From NCBI GenBank assembly GCA_946614095.1, contig CAMOGG010000002.1, positions 1 to 60,645 on the forward strand: a DNA stretch of 60,645 nt. Direction: 5' to 3'. Origin of the DNA: an uncultured Bacillales bacterium (GTDB lineage Bacteria; Bacillota_I; Bacilli_A; RF39; UBA660). Under the pieces are notes generated by a model. The model was not told where the DNA came from. It saw only the letters and a list, made by a program, of their open reading frames with translations, and did not search any database. The position numbers and the translations under genes are program-made. The first letter of the stretch is position 1, and each line of letters starts with the position of its first letter. This document shows, in pieces, positions 59,550 through 60,645 of this stretch.

Positions 59550-59813
59550 ATGGAAGATAAAAAAATGGTTGTTATACAAGAATTAGATGGAACTACAAGT
59601 AATGTAGAACTTATTACTTATTTAATCCGTGAAGATCATATGGGTTCCTATTTGGTTTACTCAAAAGGAGAAAAAACGGGTGAAGAAGAGGATGAAGTTA
59701 TTTATATTTCTAAAATAGTATCAAATGGTCCTATTCTTCAATTAAGTGAAATTACAGATGACGGTGAATGGTCTGAGGTTCAGGCTTTATTAAAGAAAAT
59801 AGCGAATGCATAA
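59550..59813 (+). CDS. DUF1292-family small acidic protein
   Basis: The pattern ...ELDGTTSNVELITYL...YLVY...EEEDEVIYISKIV...EWSEVQALL is typical of DUF1292/UPF0473. Confidence 0.6.
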   Translation: MEDKKMVVIQELDGTTSNVELITYLIREDHMGSYLVYSKGEKTGEEEDEVIYISKIVSNGPILQLSEITDDGEWSEVQALLKKIANA

Positions 59814-59827
59814 TAGGTGGTGATTTA

Positions 59828-60645
59828 ATGTTTACGGAGTATATTTTTAATAATAAAAAATATGAATTTGTAGTACGTGACTTAAAAGCCACTTTATTTG
59901 ATATTGTAGTTAGTGAAGAAGAAAAAATCAGTGAAGTAGAAAATAGGGCTGATTCAGAGAGTAATACTGATCGAAAGAGTGAGTTACGTAATTTATGCTC
60001 TAAAGAGAGTCTTTGTTTAAAAAGGGTTGTAGAGATGGCAAATGAGTTATCAGAAACTTTGAAAATATTAGATTCTTATTCTCGTGATTTGGAGAATTTA
60101 AATAATCAAATTATTTCTGAACTTCTTTCTAATGCTAGTAAACAACCTGTTTCAGAAGAAGTTAATTTTGAGACTCCTGTTCAAGATTTTGTTAGTGAAA
60201 AAGTTGTAGATTCTCCTGTAGAAGAGATTTCTTCTGAAAATGTTACGAATCGTGAATCTGGTATACCAAATGGTTTGGTTGAAGTTCCTGATTTTGGTGC
60301 AGACGAAGAAGTAACAACATACTCTTCTGATGATGTGGTTGAAGAACAAGTTGAAAGGGGAGCAAACTTTTCTCCTGTAGAGAATGTCTCAATAGAGACA
60401 GAAGGCGAATCAGAACCAGTAACAGTAGATGAGGAATCAGTCGAAGAAAGTATTCCAGAAGATATGGAAATTGAAAAAAATGATGTAGAAGAAAGTCAGA
60501 CTACTCCTAATCCAGATATACCTACAGATGTAGAAGAAACTGTAGATGAAAGTAAAGAAGAGAGTTCTGATATTGCAGAAGGAGACACTTTGGTAGATAC
60601 TGGAATTGAATCAAGTGTTGAAGATAATTCGGTAGAAGAACCTGT
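59828..60645 (+). CDS. Partial ORF (3' end beyond window): N-terminal globular part then highly acidic Glu/Asp/Val/Ser-rich region
   Basis: Not in the ORF track because it has no stop in the window. AGGTGG RBS at 59814-59819 and ATG at 59828. I read the frame as open through 60645. Confidence 0.6.
   Translation, partial: MFTEYIFNNKKYEFVVRDLKATLFDIVVSEEEKISEVENRADSESNTDRKSELRNLCSKESLCLKRVVEMANELSETLKILDSYSRDLENLNNQIISELLSNASKQPVSEEVNFETPVQDFVSEKVVDSPVEEISSENVTNRESGIPNGLVEVPDFGADEEVTTYSSDDVVEEQVERGANFSPVENVSIETEGESEPVTVDEESVEESIPEDMEIEKNDVEESQTTPNPDIPTDVEETVDESKEESSDIAEGDTLVDTGIESSVEDNSVEEP

Overview
This is a 60.6-kb, visibly AT-rich segment that uses the standard genetic code (TAA/TAG/TGA all act as stops). 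The gene content looks like a Bacillota (Firmicutes) chromosome, possibly Erysipelotrichia-like, but the taxon is only a guess. I call about 57 protein genes, and all but one (a rhomboid protease) are on the + strand. I saw no rRNA, tRNA, CRISPR array, transposase, integrase or phage structural genes.

The flanks are ordinary core genes. Upstream are a U32 peptidase pair (yrrN/yrrO-like), an HD-domain dGTPase-like protein and greA. Downstream are a rhodanese, a TVP38/DedA-type protein, rmuC, an unusually long sigma-70, a rhomboid, MscS, htpG behind a CIRCE-like operator, phosphoketolase, a cysteine desulfurase and a thiol-disulfide module.

The centre of the window (5096-37998, 27 co-oriented ORFs, bracketed by strong intrinsic terminators) is the item of interest. 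It contains:
- two diverged tandem copies of a 4-gene cassette: a pilin-head/Ig-like surface protein, a class-B-sortase-like enzyme, a roughly 900-1000-aa cysteine-rich secreted protein of no family I recognise, and a small TM protein;
- a Tad/Flp-type pilus module: CpaB, TadA, TadB, TadC, a 53-aa pilin missing from the ORF track, two pseudopilin-like genes and a TadZ-like gene;
- a monoderm-type T4SS module: two VirB2/Maff2-like genes, VirB6-like, PrgI/VirB3-like, a split VirB4, a SpoIID + Cys-peptidase hydrolase and VirD4.

No relaxase, integrase or prepilin peptidase is present anywhere in the window. I read this as a candidate chromosomally fixed Tad-T4SS-adhesin hybrid apparatus.

Other notable items are an orphan 1078-aa modular type IV pilin (48141-51377) and a sigma-70 factor with five N-terminal repeat modules plus a second region-4-like domain.

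All family assignments are by-eye motif recognition. No database search was run.
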